Assembly (NCBI GenBank): GCA_003614675.1
Contig: ML002211.1
Span: forward strand, 1 to 64,000
Direction of reading: 5' to 3'
Source of the DNA: Dimargaris cristalligena
Lineage: Eukaryota
Length of the DNA stretch: 64,000 bases
Below the pieces are notes generated by a model, which saw nothing but the letters and a program-made list of their open reading frames with translations, did no database searches and had not been told where the DNA came from. The position numbers were made by a program, and so were the translations under genes. This document shows positions 47,501 through 59,718 of the stretch, in pieces (the stretch's first letter is position 1; each line of letters starts with the position of its first letter).

Positions 47501-48578
47501 AAAGCGGCGACTCAAGGCCATTCTCCTTGCCATCGGGGATGGTGCCAACGACGTGTCCATGATCCAGGCCGCCCACGTTGGCGTGGGTATCAACGGGATG
47601 GAGGGTCTGCAAGCAGCCCGGTCGGCCGATTTCGCCATCTCCCAGTTCCGGTTTTTACGCAAACTCCTGCTAGTGCATGGGGCCTGGAGCTACCACCGCC
47701 TCAGCAAACTGATTCTGTACTCGTTCTACAAGAATATCACGCTGTACATGACCCAGTTTTGGTTCGCTTTCTTCAACTCCTTTTCCGGTCAGACCATCTA
47801 CGAGTCGTGGTCCATCACCTTCTTTAGCGTGATTTTCGCGGTAATGCCTCCGTTTGCCATTGGTGTGTTTGACCAGTTTTTGAGCGCGCGTATGTTAGAC
47901 CGGTACCCCGAAATGTACAAGATGGGTCAGAGGGGGGAATTCTTTAACGTCCGTGCCTTCTGGGGGTCAACGATTAACGCCTTCTTCCACTCCCTGATCC
48001 TCTATTTCGGCTGTATGGCGGCCTACTACGGCGAATGGCTCCTACCGCAGGGGTATTCTTCGGGGCAGTGGCTCTTTGGTGCGACTCTGTACACTTGTGT
48101 ATTAGCCACGGTCCTGCTCAAGGCCGCGCTGCTCACCAACACCTGGACCAAGTATACCTATGCCGCCATTCCTGGCTCAATGGTTCTGTGGCTGGTATTT
48201 TTGCCCATTTACGCGTCGGTGGCGCCCAAGGCCAACGTCTCGCCTGAGTACGACGGTATCGTGCCTCGTATGTACGGATCGGCTGGTTTCTGGTTCGCGA
48301 CCCTCTTCTTGCCGGTGGTGGCCCTGCTCAAGGACTACACGTGGAAGTACTGCAAACGCATGTACTTTACCCGGGCCTACCACATTGTGCAGGAAATCCA
48401 GAAATTCAATATTCCCGATTACCGTCCCCGTATGGAACGGTTCCGTAAGGCCGTCCATAAGGTGCGCATGATTCAGCGGCTTCGGCGGACCCGTGGTTAT
48501 GCTTTCTCGCAGAACGAGTCGGGTCAGGCTAAACTGATTCGGTCGTATGATACTACCCGGAGAAAGCCGCTGGGTTAA
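44580..48578 (+). CDS. DRS2: Phospholipid-translocating P4-ATPase (flippase), Drs2 type, intronless; start is GTG at 44580 (first ATG at 44820)
   Basis: TSNLDGETNLK, IPISLIVT, FSDKTGTLT, LTGDRQETAINIG, AIGDGANDVSMIQ motifs; Drs2-specific C-terminal EIQKFNIPDYRPR...RGYAFSQ. Confidence 0.97.
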   Translation: MDPHNPNRGRSPPDGSRRYLRTDADLIDISPSRTSFDPHADFPEYPPASSNSFPLNSAHANSGASRHHLRPLTHDSHEFDMEFPSSNSAYQNMGNIRQSVRLDSPDDRFLGGEGAHDSYQFDDYPPPRAPYGQRQFADSSGTFDSAGDTYKPTGYPGDPDSTLTGTSPHATSPLESHPALPDGQPLGRRISRRLPKMTGLPNVLNSNDKNETFRIIHINNAELNAPSKFIHNRISTAKYNVATFLPKFLFEQFSKYANIFFLFTSCIQQIDGVSPTSRYTTLGPLLVVLLATAFKELLEDFKRHKSDSDVNKSHTKVLVGNAFEERAWNAIKVGDIVRIESSEPLPADVIVLSSSEPEGMCYIETSNLDGETNLKVKQALSETAKLLTPAEIAQLTGYVKSEKPNDSLYTYEGTMVSHDGPVGNKELSLDPTQVLLRGAVLRNTNWIYALVVFTGHETKLMRNASATPIKRTSVEKMTNIQILFLFGILMTLAIACALGNAILESRNFDQYWYLSISRSEIWTNFGLNILTFIILFNNLIPISLIVTMEMVKFQQASLINNDLDMYSEDSDTPALCRTSSLVEELGQIEYIFSDKTGTLTCNVMEFRQCSIAGIQYSDSVEPGNRGRIVDGEPVGLFTFSQMQEHLLNDTHQSKTEIHEFIALLATCHTVIPERSEEKPDQIEYQASSPDEGALVKGAAVMDYKFHTRKPRSITIDIHGQPFVYEVLNINEFNSTRKRMSALLRCPDGKIRLYCKGADTVIYERLAENNPYSQITLGHLEDYATEGLRTLCLAMREIPDHEYETWSQIYTKASTTVNNRGQELDKAAELIEKDLFLLGATAIEDKLQEGVPATIFTLAQAGIKIWVLTGDRQETAINIGYSCKLIQEDFSLIICNEESHWATQEFLEKKLRAIKEGKNTNIDFESLALIIDGKTLEFALQPDLELIFLEIATMCKAVICCRVSPLQKALVVKLVKRRLKAILLAIGDGANDVSMIQAAHVGVGINGMEGLQAARSADFAISQFRFLRKLLLVHGAWSYHRLSKLILYSFYKNITLYMTQFWFAFFNSFSGQTIYESWSITFFSVIFAVMPPFAIGVFDQFLSARMLDRYPEMYKMGQRGEFFNVRAFWGSTINAFFHSLILYFGCMAAYYGEWLLPQGYSSGQWLFGATLYTCVLATVLLKAALLTNTWTKYTYAAIPGSMVLWLVFLPIYASVAPKANVSPEYDGIVPRMYGSAGFWFATLFLPVVALLKDYTWKYCKRMYFTRAYHIVQEIQKFNIPDYRPRMERFRKAVHKVRMIQRLRRTRGYAFSQNESGQAKLIRSYDTTRRKPLG

Positions 48579-48743
48579 TTTACCTAAGCCATCATTTTAC
48601 CCTTGGTGTGTTGGGCTGGAGAGCGTTCGGGCCGCTAAAATAGAGGGGGGTATCCCACCTCACTACCCTCCTTTTTTATTTTATTATTCGGATTTTATTT
48701 TTAACATCCTCTCCCTTGGCCTGTTTGATTTAGCCCTTCTATA

Positions 48744-48885
48744 TATGGGTGAACTTCAACCCAACTGTATAAGATTTTACACAACATGTGTATAGGATAA
48801 TATGTGGGAGAATAACTTTTGACCAGTAATATTTACCTCATCAAATGGATTATTCGTTATACAGCCTGGATGAACTTCTGCCATA
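48744..48885 (+). mobile_element. MITE-like element, copy 4 (142 bp), just downstream of DRS2
   Basis: TATGGGTGAACTTCAACCCAACTGTATA ... CTCATCAAATGGATTATTCGTTATACAGCCTGGATGAACTTCTGCCATA; colinear with other copies. Confidence 0.78.
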
Positions 48886-51718
48886 TTATACATATTTTAC
48901 TTTCTATTATACATTATATATATATATATATATATGTTTCAATATATATACGCCGGCGTGCAATTCTGTGTTTTTGTATAGTATTTGAACCTTTTCTGTC
49001 TTTTCGTACTCCCCTGCCTTTTTCCACCTAATTATATAGTCAGTTGTTATTATCCTGAAACTCACTACTTGCTTTATACAATTTAAACTAACCCCAACCG
49101 ATAGGTTTATTCGAATTGACTGACGTAGTTCCATCCCCTTAGTCTTTATTTTTTTTTCTAGACCAATTTGGTTAGTTAGTTGATGAATTAAAATGTACCC
49201 ACCCTCATTCCCTCCCGTAACTTGATGGTAAATGCGTATTTGAATGTTCAAAGACATAGTGGTGGCATACTGTGGATAATTGGCGGTGTCCCGTTGAATT
49301 ATAACTATTTTAGCAGTCACTTTTAGCCATAGTCTTATGTGGTATAATAGAGGGGATACCATGTTCAGTAATGCCAGCTGCATTCATCATCAAGCTATTC
49401 TGTATATACATGAATTACACTTATATATACGTCAACTAAAACGAATTCACAGACGAATGGCTGGGTCTCTCCCAGTACTGTCAGCATTCGTTCTCCGCCG
49501 TCTCGCTGTCGCTGTTCTCCTACCTGTCCGCATGCCAACTAGTTCTATTGGCTAAATATTTAGCGTGGCTTCTTGGCTTCTTGACCATTGGTCCCTTGAA
49601 TATCTCGGTCCCATTCGACATTTTTGTGGCTGTTAATTTAAAGGCCGAATATTTTAGCATGGGGTTCATGAAGTCGAATAGACTAAATACTCTTAGTAGG
49701 TTCATTTGGTTACCGATCCCCTTAATTACTCACTTGGATTATAGGCCACTTTGGACCTAGGGTTAAACCCCCCTGTATAGACATCTGCAGAGCAAATTCC
49801 CAAAGTATACTTCAGTAATACAGCTGAGCTGGGTTGTCTCCGTTATGGCCATGATCATGACTATGTAGATGGTGAATTAATGGCACCGGTTGACTGGGGT
49901 GAAATTATAGAGGGCTTCTAGGGCCACTAAGGGATACCTGTCACTTATATCCGGTCCCCTATGGTCATGTGCTAATATCGATACGGTCTGCTCAACCAGT
50001 TATATTTGGCGGGCCCCCGATACTTCCTTTTCTATTGTGGTGGGCACCACCAGTGCAAATGGAATGTACATATGTGGAAAGAAAAGCCAGCGGCGGACCA
50101 AGACTTGGTAAATAAAGACCGTGGTGATCATATCGCACCTCTAGTACACCACTAATTTGACGGGGGCGGCAGAAAATTCGCAGTCAATGTCCGAATGTTC
50201 ACGATATGAAGCTCATAAAGACCACTCGATTGAATCGGCCTAGCCAAAGGGTTTTCCATGAGGATCGCGGTAGTTGATTTTCCCAAGCGGCTAAGTTATA
50301 CGATGAGTATAAGTGTAGCCCCCCCCCCCACATGAGTCCGTCCGTAGCCCAAATGTGGTCTATTACAATGGCCGATGATCTTCGCAGTTCAGCACATTGT
50401 AGGCTTGGCAATTAATGACGAACGATGGGTGCTTGATAAAGACTAGGGATTTACTGGGCTCATTGAGGACATGGCACTGACACTTCTCTGCACTATTTTG
50501 TTAAACCCGCATAGAATAGTTGGGAGGAAGAAGATCTCTCCGCTGCCTCTAGCCGGCCAAATAATACTGCCCATGAGCTACATAGGTGTGCACGCTACGA
50601 ATATCTAGAATGTGAACTAAAACACGGGAAAATGCACCAATTTATCGTGAAGTCTTCATTTTATATGATCAATCTGGCCCCCTTCAGCGTCATCATGTTC
50701 AACATCCTACTATTCTGTTTACTCTATTTATTCCCTCCATTTTATTTCCACCGTCGTAACCAAGTCAATTGAATTGTCGCGTCCCGTTCTGCCATTTCCC
50801 TCCTACACTGGTTCATCACTTTAAAATGCGGCTTACCTCAAAAAGGCTTTCCGTAAATCCCCTAAACTGAGCCCGTCTCTTCTTTCAAAGTGCTACCTCC
50901 CAGGTCATTCAAAGCGTTACCTCCTAGGCCCTTTCCCAAGCCTTCTCGCGAGCCTAATGAAAGATTTCCCAACAAGCATGATCCCAATCGGCCGAACGCA
51001 ACCCCCCCTCAGAATCCCAATTTTTTGACCGTTCCTTAACCTCGCTATAGATGGCCCGAGCATCCTTAAAAGGCTTAAGAATTGCGACTGACCGGCCGGC
51101 TGCTTTTTTTGTTTTCCCCTTGTTGCACTCCCTTCTTTTCTTACTTGGAAGAAATATTCCATGATTGGTATATTTGCCTGGTTTGATTATATGACACTTG
51201 CATTTATTTTCAGTGTACCATCACGTCTACCGCAAATAAAACCCCTTAAAAACTCTCATAACCATAATAGCCCCGAGATACCCTCGATCTGCCTTAAAAG
51301 AGCAATGATTAGAGTCAGCTCAGTTGTAGACCAGTCTATGTTTTTACTACCCAATGCTCACAAATAGCCGAAGGGGTTACCTACGTACTATATTCACCTG
51401 AGTTCAACTGTAATTCTATAATGTGTATACTTGACCTCCAAAGGGAAGCCGTTAGATTATGTCCCTGGAGTAGTAGCTTCCTCAACAAACCCAGCACAGT
51501 GAGCGTATTTGGCCTTATAATAGTGCATATCTTACTATTAATTACGGGGCTGCCTGCTTTAGGCAACGAATATGTATAAAAAAAAAAACAATGCTAGGCG
51601 TATTTGGAATAGGCTTAAAGCCCCTACCTGCGGAGAATAAAAAGTGGGATAGGAGGCGGCACATATGGCTCGACTATTCGCTTCCCAAACACCGAGGGCT
51701 AAATTGGCCGTGTTGGAG

Positions 51719-52360
51719 TTACACGGAGTAGGGTGGTGGTCCATCTAGATAGGGTCTCTTTTCGCCATGGGAATTCACCACCACGGCGGCGGGGGGATGG
51801 GTCGGCATGGTCATGGGGTAATCCGGACGGGTAGTGTACTCTAAAGCCACGGGTTGGGCGTCCAAACCACAGGTGTAGGCGGGGGTGCGTTGCCGGCGGA
51901 GGGCCACGGCAAGGACAAGAATATAAATCAAAAAGCCCACTATTACGACTTGGCCTAGAATGAATAGAGTGATGACCACGTTAAACCGCTTTCCACACGC
52001 GGAGCCTGCTATCAGCCACCTATACGTGTGTAGGACCATATGGCAAACTGATCGCGCACCTTGGTGGTGAAATACTTGGCTTAGTATAATAGCGATAGAG
52101 GACAGGGTGGCAATAATCTCGAGAACTAAATAGACGATGAATAGGGTGACGAGCAAAGTACTCGACCGACGAGCCCCGAAATAGCCGCAGATGCATAGCC
52201 CCGTGGCTACTGCACATAAGACCAGGTGGGGTACATTGCACTGTAAAGAATAGCGTAGGGTACTCAAAAAATTGCCAATGGCGAATATGAGGGCGACGAA
52301 TTTGATCGTCGAACGGATGTCTAAAATTCCCATGAATCGATGGGTGGTTGGGGGAATCAT
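51719..52360 (-). CDS. Four-TM membrane protein (213 aa) with C-terminal PPPY motif; paralog of 5455-5973
   Basis: ATG-started intronless ORF, four hydrophobic segments, Cys pair in second loop, ends DGPPPYSV. Confidence 0.8.
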   Translation of the reverse strand: MIPPTTHRFMGILDIRSTIKFVALIFAIGNFLSTLRYSLQCNVPHLVLCAVATGLCICGYFGARRSSTLLVTLFIVYLVLEIIATLSSIAIILSQVFHHQGARSVCHMVLHTYRWLIAGSACGKRFNVVITLFILGQVVIVGFLIYILVLAVALRRQRTPAYTCGLDAQPVALEYTTRPDYPMTMPTHPPAAVVVNSHGEKRPYLDGPPPYSV

Positions 52361-54328
52361 AATTACTGGTTTAGTTTGCAGAGCATGAGGCGGTAGAAGA
52401 GGGTGGATATTTAAAAGTCTATGTAATCCAGCTTCCTGAAGATATTAGGATGGGGTTGGGTCGGGAAATGATAAACGAGTCGAGAGGACCTGAACTAGAA
52501 TACTTTAATAAAATAGGTGCTCAAATAACTATAGAATATCCAAAGAAATGGTGAAAGTACAATACCAGGGGGCTAGGCCCCCTAGTTTTTATATATTTAT
52601 ACCATATTATATAGGCGGCCATATAGCCATGGCTCCTCGATAGCAACGGCGCATCATCGCCATATTTTTAGAAGGCTATATTAAACGGATGGAGTGGATA
52701 CTCAAAGCCATTTCCCCGCTCATTTTTTTTCTTAATAGGAGGAAGCGGAGGTGGGGTGACCGGTAGGTCGAAAGATCCAACATTAAGGAATATTCGGAGG
52801 AGGACTAGAACTGGTACAATGGCCCGAAAATGAAACGGTTGAACGGCAGGCTGACCAATCAAGAGGTTTCGCTAAGTGCGTGTCCCACCGGGCCAGAGGG
52901 GACACCCTACCTTTAGTAACGGTCCAAGGAAGACAGCAGGGGGATGCTAGTGGGGGGACAGGGTGTTGCACATTAGGGCCACAGCTAGTTACAACTGGGC
53001 GCCTCTTTCCCATTATCGACGCCAATCCTCCTGGCTTTTATCCCGATGGGAACGTGGGGGAAGTGGTGGTCATTATAAGGGATACCCTATTTTCAGTATT
53101 ATAAAATAAGGCGGCTCGATGGATGGTAACAAGGGGTGAGTTGGGTGGGCATTGGCTCGGTTGGTGCGACCTTACGGTGTGATCTACCCCTCGGCGCCAA
53201 GGCCGGCCCTCCCAACAAACGGGCGTTTGGAAGGGTAGGAAGTGTAAACGGTGACGGGGCCGGATTAGCTCGTGGTTTAGTTTCAGCAAAAAGGCCGTAC
53301 TTTTTATTTGATTATTGCAATAGCGGGTCTTTTTGTTGGTCAGTTGGGCGAAAAAATCACTCCCAGCGGGGGCCCAGGCACTCGCAAAGCGGCTTGGCTA
53401 TATGTGTATATACCAGGTTTGTCCTACCAAGGAGCGTAGTATGAATTAGGAAAAGTCGCCAATATGGCTTGCTGACCTGTGTTGTCTGAAGGTGACAACG
53501 GGACATATCTGTTTTCAACCGGAAAGATGTAGAATGCGCCCAGCGAATGCTTAATAATTCCCTCACTTGGGTCGCATTGCTTCTACGACTGGGTAAGGCA
53601 TATACTGTCAATCGAACTGAATAAGAATACCAGCGGCTGAGGTTAGTCACTGAGGGGGCCCACAGCACGTCATCCCAGACTGATGGGGCTGGCGACCGGA
53701 TTCGTCAAAGGGCAGTCACATTTTCCACGATCTGCTGATGCATGCTCCGACAGTGGCGGATTCGGTTGTATGAGCCACTCACTTTAATTAGGATGTTTCC
53801 CACCAAGGAGTAGAGGCATAGGCGGAGCGCCAATCCTTCTGGTGCATAATAGAGCCTTCACCATGGAGGAACCGTGGGGTGCTAGTACTCCTAGCCATCA
53901 CTTTATGGGGCTCTGCAGCCAGATACAAAATAAATGGCAATGCGAACTTGTCCCTGGTTTCAGGATGCCTGGTGTAAATACTATCGGTCGGCATTTGTAG
54001 CCCAGACACGTAGATTTTCAATATAATGGGCTCGGTGGTGGTCACCGACTATTATTTTTTCAACCTGGGGCGGCTGATGAAAGACTTATAATTCCTCCTC
54101 CTCTGCTGACGATATCCGTCGCCGGTGGCATGTGATGGGTATAAAGGAAACTACAAGGAAATGACGTTGAGGTATATAAATACTCCCATGACGGGTGAAT
54201 TGATTCATTTGCTGGGAGTGATTAGGAGGGAAGGATTGGCTATCGGATAATCCCGGGGACGTTTGATTGGCCTAGGCAGATAACCAACCAACCCAGCCCA
54301 GCCCAGAGTGACTTGGGAATGCGAAGCA

Positions 54329-54470
54329 CATGGGAGTAGTTCAACAAGGCTGTATAACGAAAAACCCATTTGATGAGGCAAATACTACTAGTTGAAAATA
54401 AACATCCCACTGATTTTCCCATACACATATCAGTTAAACCCTTATACAACCAAGCTGAACTTCACCCACA
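54329..54470 (-). mobile_element. MITE-like element, copy 5 (142 bp, inverted)
   Basis: Reverse complement aligns gap-free to 9618-9759 with 11 mismatches by manual count. Confidence 0.82.
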
Positions 54471-55275
54471 TACCATGTGTTGGTGCTGGTCTTTCGTATT
54501 GCCTGAATACTACTTAAATTGGCTTATGAGCTGACCCACCAAATAAACAGGATTATAAAGGTGGGAGGGGGCAACGCTAGCACTCCGAACCTATACAGTG
54601 CGAGTTATATATAGCTCCATTGTATTTCAATTTTATCGAACCAGCAGAAGGGCAATACTGGCGGGGAATATTGCGCGACTTGCATTCTTGCATTAACTGA
54701 CTGAATAGACCGCTGTTTATAACCCAAGGGAAAGGGCTCCATTACACTACCACTCCCGATTCATTAGCACGTGTCAGTGCTGAATTAGTCAAATACTAAG
54801 GGGGGGCTCTGCAAGGGATGCATAGGCCGGAAAAGGTTGAGACGCAGTAGAGGAATCAGGCTGATAAATAGCCATTGCTGCTGGAAACTACGGAGTGGTA
54901 AATAAATAGTCCTGTAGCGAAAGCTAGTCCAGCCTATATAGCAACGATGACTGTTGCGTATGGGACAGCAGAAAGGCAGGGCAAGAGGGATAGCCACTTA
55001 GAACAAATGTGATCATGTGCCAACGGCGAATCCGCTCGTTATTTGTGTCCGCTACTGACTCACCCCTGCCTGGTCCACTACTCTAACTCGCTGTTCGACG
55101 TCACGGCCAAAGATATACAGGAAAAGATAAGTGGTTTTGGCGCGTGCCTCTCTCTCTCTCTTTACCACCCATCTGTTCCCTCGCCGTGACTTCTATCTAT
55201 CTACCCTGGCGAGTGCATTCATCCTCCTCTTTGGGTTATTATACCTCTCCCTCCCCCATTGTATACCGTGTGATC

Positions 55276-55283
55276 TATAAATA
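55276..55283 (+). promoter_or_regulatory. Candidate TATA box for malate synthase
   Basis: TATAAATA ~220 nt upstream of ATG, followed by pyrimidine-rich leader. Confidence 0.35.
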
Positions 55284-55500
55284 CATGCGCGTATAATATC
55301 CTTTTTATCTATCTATCTATATATATATCCTCCGCCCCCATGCCCTCTTTCCCCGAGTCCTCTACTTAATCCGAGTGCTTGTCTCTAGATTTTTATTCCA
55401 CCCCACTTACAGCAGTTCCGTGTCGCTCTAGTTTAACTCTCCTCTCCATACCATTCTGCTTCATCGCCTTTCTTCACCCGCTACTACCTTAGTTTAAACC

Positions 55501-57135
55501 ATGTCTCCTTTTACTCCCCAAGGCGTCTCTGTTCTCGGCGACGTGACTCGGGCCCAGGCCACTATCCTGTCCCCCGAGGCTCTGGCCTTCGTGGCCGCTC
55601 TTCACCGTGCCTTCGACCCCACCCGCAAACAGCTGTTGGCCCGTCGCGATGTGCGCCAGGAGCAAATTAACCAGGGCATCCTGCCCGACTTTTTACCCGA
55701 AACCGCCCACATCCGTGCCAACGATACCTGGCGCGCCGCCCCTCCCGCCCCCGGTCTGGTGGACCGCCGCGTCGAAATCACCGGTCCCGTTGACCGCAAA
55801 ATGGTCATTAATGCCCTGAACTCGGGTGCCGCCACCTTCATGGCCGACTTTGAGGACTCCAACTCCCCGACCTGGAGTAACTGCCTGGACGGTCAGGTCA
55901 ATATGCGCGACGCCGTTCACCGCCAGATTGACTTCGTCGCCGACAACGGCAAGAAATACGCCCTGCGTACCGATGGTAAACTGGCCACCCTACTTGTGCG
56001 CCCCCGTGGGTGGCATATGGTCGAAAGACACCTTTTGATCGACGGTCAGCCCTGCTCAGCCTCCCTGTTCGATTTTGGCCTCTACTTCTTCCACAACGCC
56101 CGCAAGTCCGTCGAAATGGGTTTCGGTCCCTACTTCTACCTACCCAAGATGGAGAGCCACCTCGAGGCCCGCCTCTGGAACGACGCCTTCAACTTGGCCC
56201 AGGACCTGCTGGCCGTACCCCGGGGTACCATCCGCGGTACGGTGCTGATTGAAACCATCTTAGCCGCTTTCGAGATGGACGAGATCATTTATGAACTGCG
56301 CGAACATTCAAGTGGCCTCAACTGCGGTCGTTGGGACTACATCTTCTCCTTCATCAAGAAGTTCCGTTTCAACCCCCGCTTTATCTTGCCCCAGCGCGCC
56401 GACGTCACCATGTCCGTGCCTTTCATGGACGCCTACGTGCGTCTGCTGATCAAGACCTGCCATCGCCGTGGCGTCCACGCTATGGGTGGAATGGCCGCTC
56501 AGATCCCTATCAAGAACGACCCCGAGGCTAACAGCGCCGCCATGACTAAGGTGCGCGCCGATAAGCTGCGCGAAGTAAAGGCCGGTCACGACGGCACCTG
56601 GGTGGCCCACCCCGCCCTGGTCACCATCGCCCTGGAGGTGTTCAACGAGCATATGCCCCAGCCCAATCAGCTTTACATGCGTCGGGCCGATGTTCAAGTC
56701 AGCGCCGTGGATCTGCTCAACTCCCATGTCACCGGTGGCACTGTTACCGAGGCCGGTATCCGTACCAACCTGTCCGTTGGGCTGCTCTATATGGAGGCCT
56801 GGCTACGTGGTTCCGGATGCGTGCCCATCCACAACCTAATGGAGGATGCCGCCACGGCCGAAATCTCCCGGTCGCAGCTCTGGCAATGGGCCTACCACCG
56901 TCACCACACTAACGACGGTACCGTCATTACCCCCGCTTACTTGCTCAATCTGCTGGACGAAGAGACTGACAAGCTACGTCAGTCCAATGGCAACAGCGGC
57001 CAATCATACCCTAAGCTGGATCTGGCCAAGCAGATTTTTGCTGGCCAAGTCACTGGTCAAAACTATGCCGACTTTTTAACCACCCTATGCTACGATGATA
57101 TTGTATCCATCCCCGCTAACAAGTCCCGCCTATAA
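55501..57135 (+). CDS. MLS1: Peroxisomal malate synthase (glyoxylate cycle), 544 aa
   Basis: [71 protein letters not shown]-terminal PTS1 SRL. Confidence 0.97.
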   Translation: MSPFTPQGVSVLGDVTRAQATILSPEALAFVAALHRAFDPTRKQLLARRDVRQEQINQGILPDFLPETAHIRANDTWRAAPPAPGLVDRRVEITGPVDRKMVINALNSGAATFMADFEDSNSPTWSNCLDGQVNMRDAVHRQIDFVADNGKKYALRTDGKLATLLVRPRGWHMVERHLLIDGQPCSASLFDFGLYFFHNARKSVEMGFGPYFYLPKMESHLEARLWNDAFNLAQDLLAVPRGTIRGTVLIETILAAFEMDEIIYELREHSSGLNCGRWDYIFSFIKKFRFNPRFILPQRADVTMSVPFMDAYVRLLIKTCHRRGVHAMGGMAAQIPIKNDPEANSAAMTKVRADKLREVKAGHDGTWVAHPALVTIALEVFNEHMPQPNQLYMRRADVQVSAVDLLNSHVTGGTVTEAGIRTNLSVGLLYMEAWLRGSGCVPIHNLMEDAATAEISRSQLWQWAYHRHHTNDGTVITPAYLLNLLDEETDKLRQSNGNSGQSYPKLDLAKQIFAGQVTGQNYADFLTTLCYDDIVSIPANKSRL

Positions 57136-59718
57136 GTCACACACTTAGTCCAGCGGAAAATGGTAAATAGCTTCTGTATTCTCTCCCCTCTACCATTCTA
57201 ACTCACAGCACACCGTGGATTCATGCTGTCTCGCCCAGACATTCATAATACATATTTTTTCAACGTGTTCCCTATTCACCTTGTCGGGTACACAGTGTCC
57301 CTTATTTATCAACAATTATCAGCTTTACATACAATAAACCACATCCTATAAGAAACACTTATATCTGAATTTGTGATGATACCATATTGCGATTCGTCAG
57401 AGAGAGGCTCAGTCAGGCTATATAGCGAAAAATCCGCTTGGTAAAACCGGAACTATAGGTTTAAGATGTATGTCCCACCTACTTCCCCATACGGGCACCA
57501 TTCTAGGCGCCTTATGTAGCCAATTGGGATTGCGGCCATATTACCTAAAATCTTATACGGTTGGACTGAACATCGCCCTTTTACAAGACCAAGGGGGAAT
57601 GCTCAATCTCGAAACAATTCCAAACAAAGCCAGCTCTCGATACCCGACGGTCCGGCTCTGCTATACCATTTGCTGATTGGTTTGTCCCCCTTGCTATCGC
57701 TACTGCTACGTGAAGCTAACCATATCGTTGGTTAGTGGGCGGGACGGATTTAATAAGACTGCCTTGCTGGACCACAAAGTTGCCCAGTCAACTGGTCTGA
57801 CCACTACTCAGCCTCATTATTTTAGGCAAACCATTAGATAATCCTACTAAAAACCGAATAACTAGTACGAGGACATCTAGTGCAATGGCAACTGTACGAT
57901 TTTTTACGCGCCTATATCCCTTCACAATAATGGTCAGCAACAACAGGTTATATGGAGAATACTGGTCAGGCCATATCCCCAGAGGCATAATCAGCCTGCT
58001 TGGCACAGCCCATTCCCCCACCTGCATAGAATCCTATACATTAGGAAACCACTTCCATGTTCTGGTTTGACTGCTGTTGCGAGTCAGTACACCTGTAAAT
58101 ACGCCACCGTGTTTTTGTATGTAGTAGGTTGTATCTAGTCATTTATCCTACGGCAGAACACAGTCTCTATCTAATGGGCGGGAGGGGGGTGGACTCACCG
58201 GCAACTTACGGCCACTGCATCCATGGCCCAAATCCGCCCCTGTTTAACTTGACATAGGTGCCTTAGGTAAAGTGGGCGGACTAGCCCCCCAGACTATTTC
58301 AGTGAAGGGTCTACACAATAGATTGGAGCAGGGGGGCAGTGGGATTTCCCAGTGGTAGCATACCAGGTTCCCTTTGTTAATCCTTTTGTTACTTCTCCGT
58401 CATCTAGATTATCCGATGCTGCCCTTCGCTTTTCGAGTTATTGAGAGACCAGAAAATATCAACAACGTCACATCTGGGTATTGGGCGCAATTCAGTGAAT
58501 CCATTTCTTCAGCAGGGGGTTTGGAGGTGAAGGTTTACCCAAAGGATTGTAGATCCCCAGTGCTACAAAGCCCATAATAATGGCAAATGATAATCTCCAG
58601 TTGTTAATTAGATGGTGATCGAATAGGACTCTATAGAGACCCTATTCCAACAATATACTCCCCATTACATGTCCACTTACACCCTGCAACTATCACCTGG
58701 ATATCCCACAGCCCCTTTAAGCACCCCCTCCCCTCTTCTACGCACAGGCGCGTTAAGGTGAGTTGATCAGCGAGGCCCTTCAACTTTTCGGCTAATTGGC
58801 TAAATGCTGCCTATCTTGAAATCTACTGACTCCTTTCCCGCTCACTGCTGCTTCAATAGGTTAAACTGACCATACTTTACGCCGAGATTAGTCGTCTTGG
58901 TCGCAGAGGTATACCTGAGGTTAAAAGGGTCCCTTTTTACATTTTCACCCAAAAAACATAATTCCATCACTTATATACTCCACTTTATATTTCCTGAATT
59001 GCTATCCCTCTCTATTCTCGACGTCAGACTGGGAAAAGTGGGGGTGACCTATTGGAGACGGCCGGTCAGTCTGTATAGCGTAATAGTCGGTTTTTGAGAC
59101 AGCCCACGGATATCGGTTTATTTTTTCCCCAACTAGTCTCGCATACAAGCAATTTCAAGACGCCTAGAGATAAATTCAAGGTGGCCGGATGTTTGGATAG
59201 TACGGGGGACATAGGCCAATATGACCTATCCATTATTCTACGTAAATCATGGAATGATCATCGGCACTATCCTATACGATCATGCTTTTGTATACCATAC
59301 CATCGGTTGTGCAATGTCGGGCATTGTTGGGCATTCCCTCGCTCTTTCTCATGGACGGATTTGCAAGAAACGGGTTAGCGGTTGTCCATCTACAATCAAC
59401 CGATTCCCCTCCTATGCAGCTTTTGTTGGGTTTACGGTGCTTTTGATGCCGCCCCTCGTCTAAATACACGGAAATGAGTACGAGTCTAGCGGGGCAAGCA
59501 TAGGGAAAGGCGGAGGATACTCCATGGGTCCCAGCTACTCTCCACCTAGCTCTTACTTCGCCATGCCGTATAAATATCTGGGTATTTCGCCCCCCTACAA
59601 AACTCACCAACCCCCCCCCCCCATCTCATATATTTGCACGCGATTACCGCTGTTCGCCCATTCTTACCAACTCCGCACCATACTGCCACTTTGCACCTCG
59701 CCACCCACCCATCCCACC

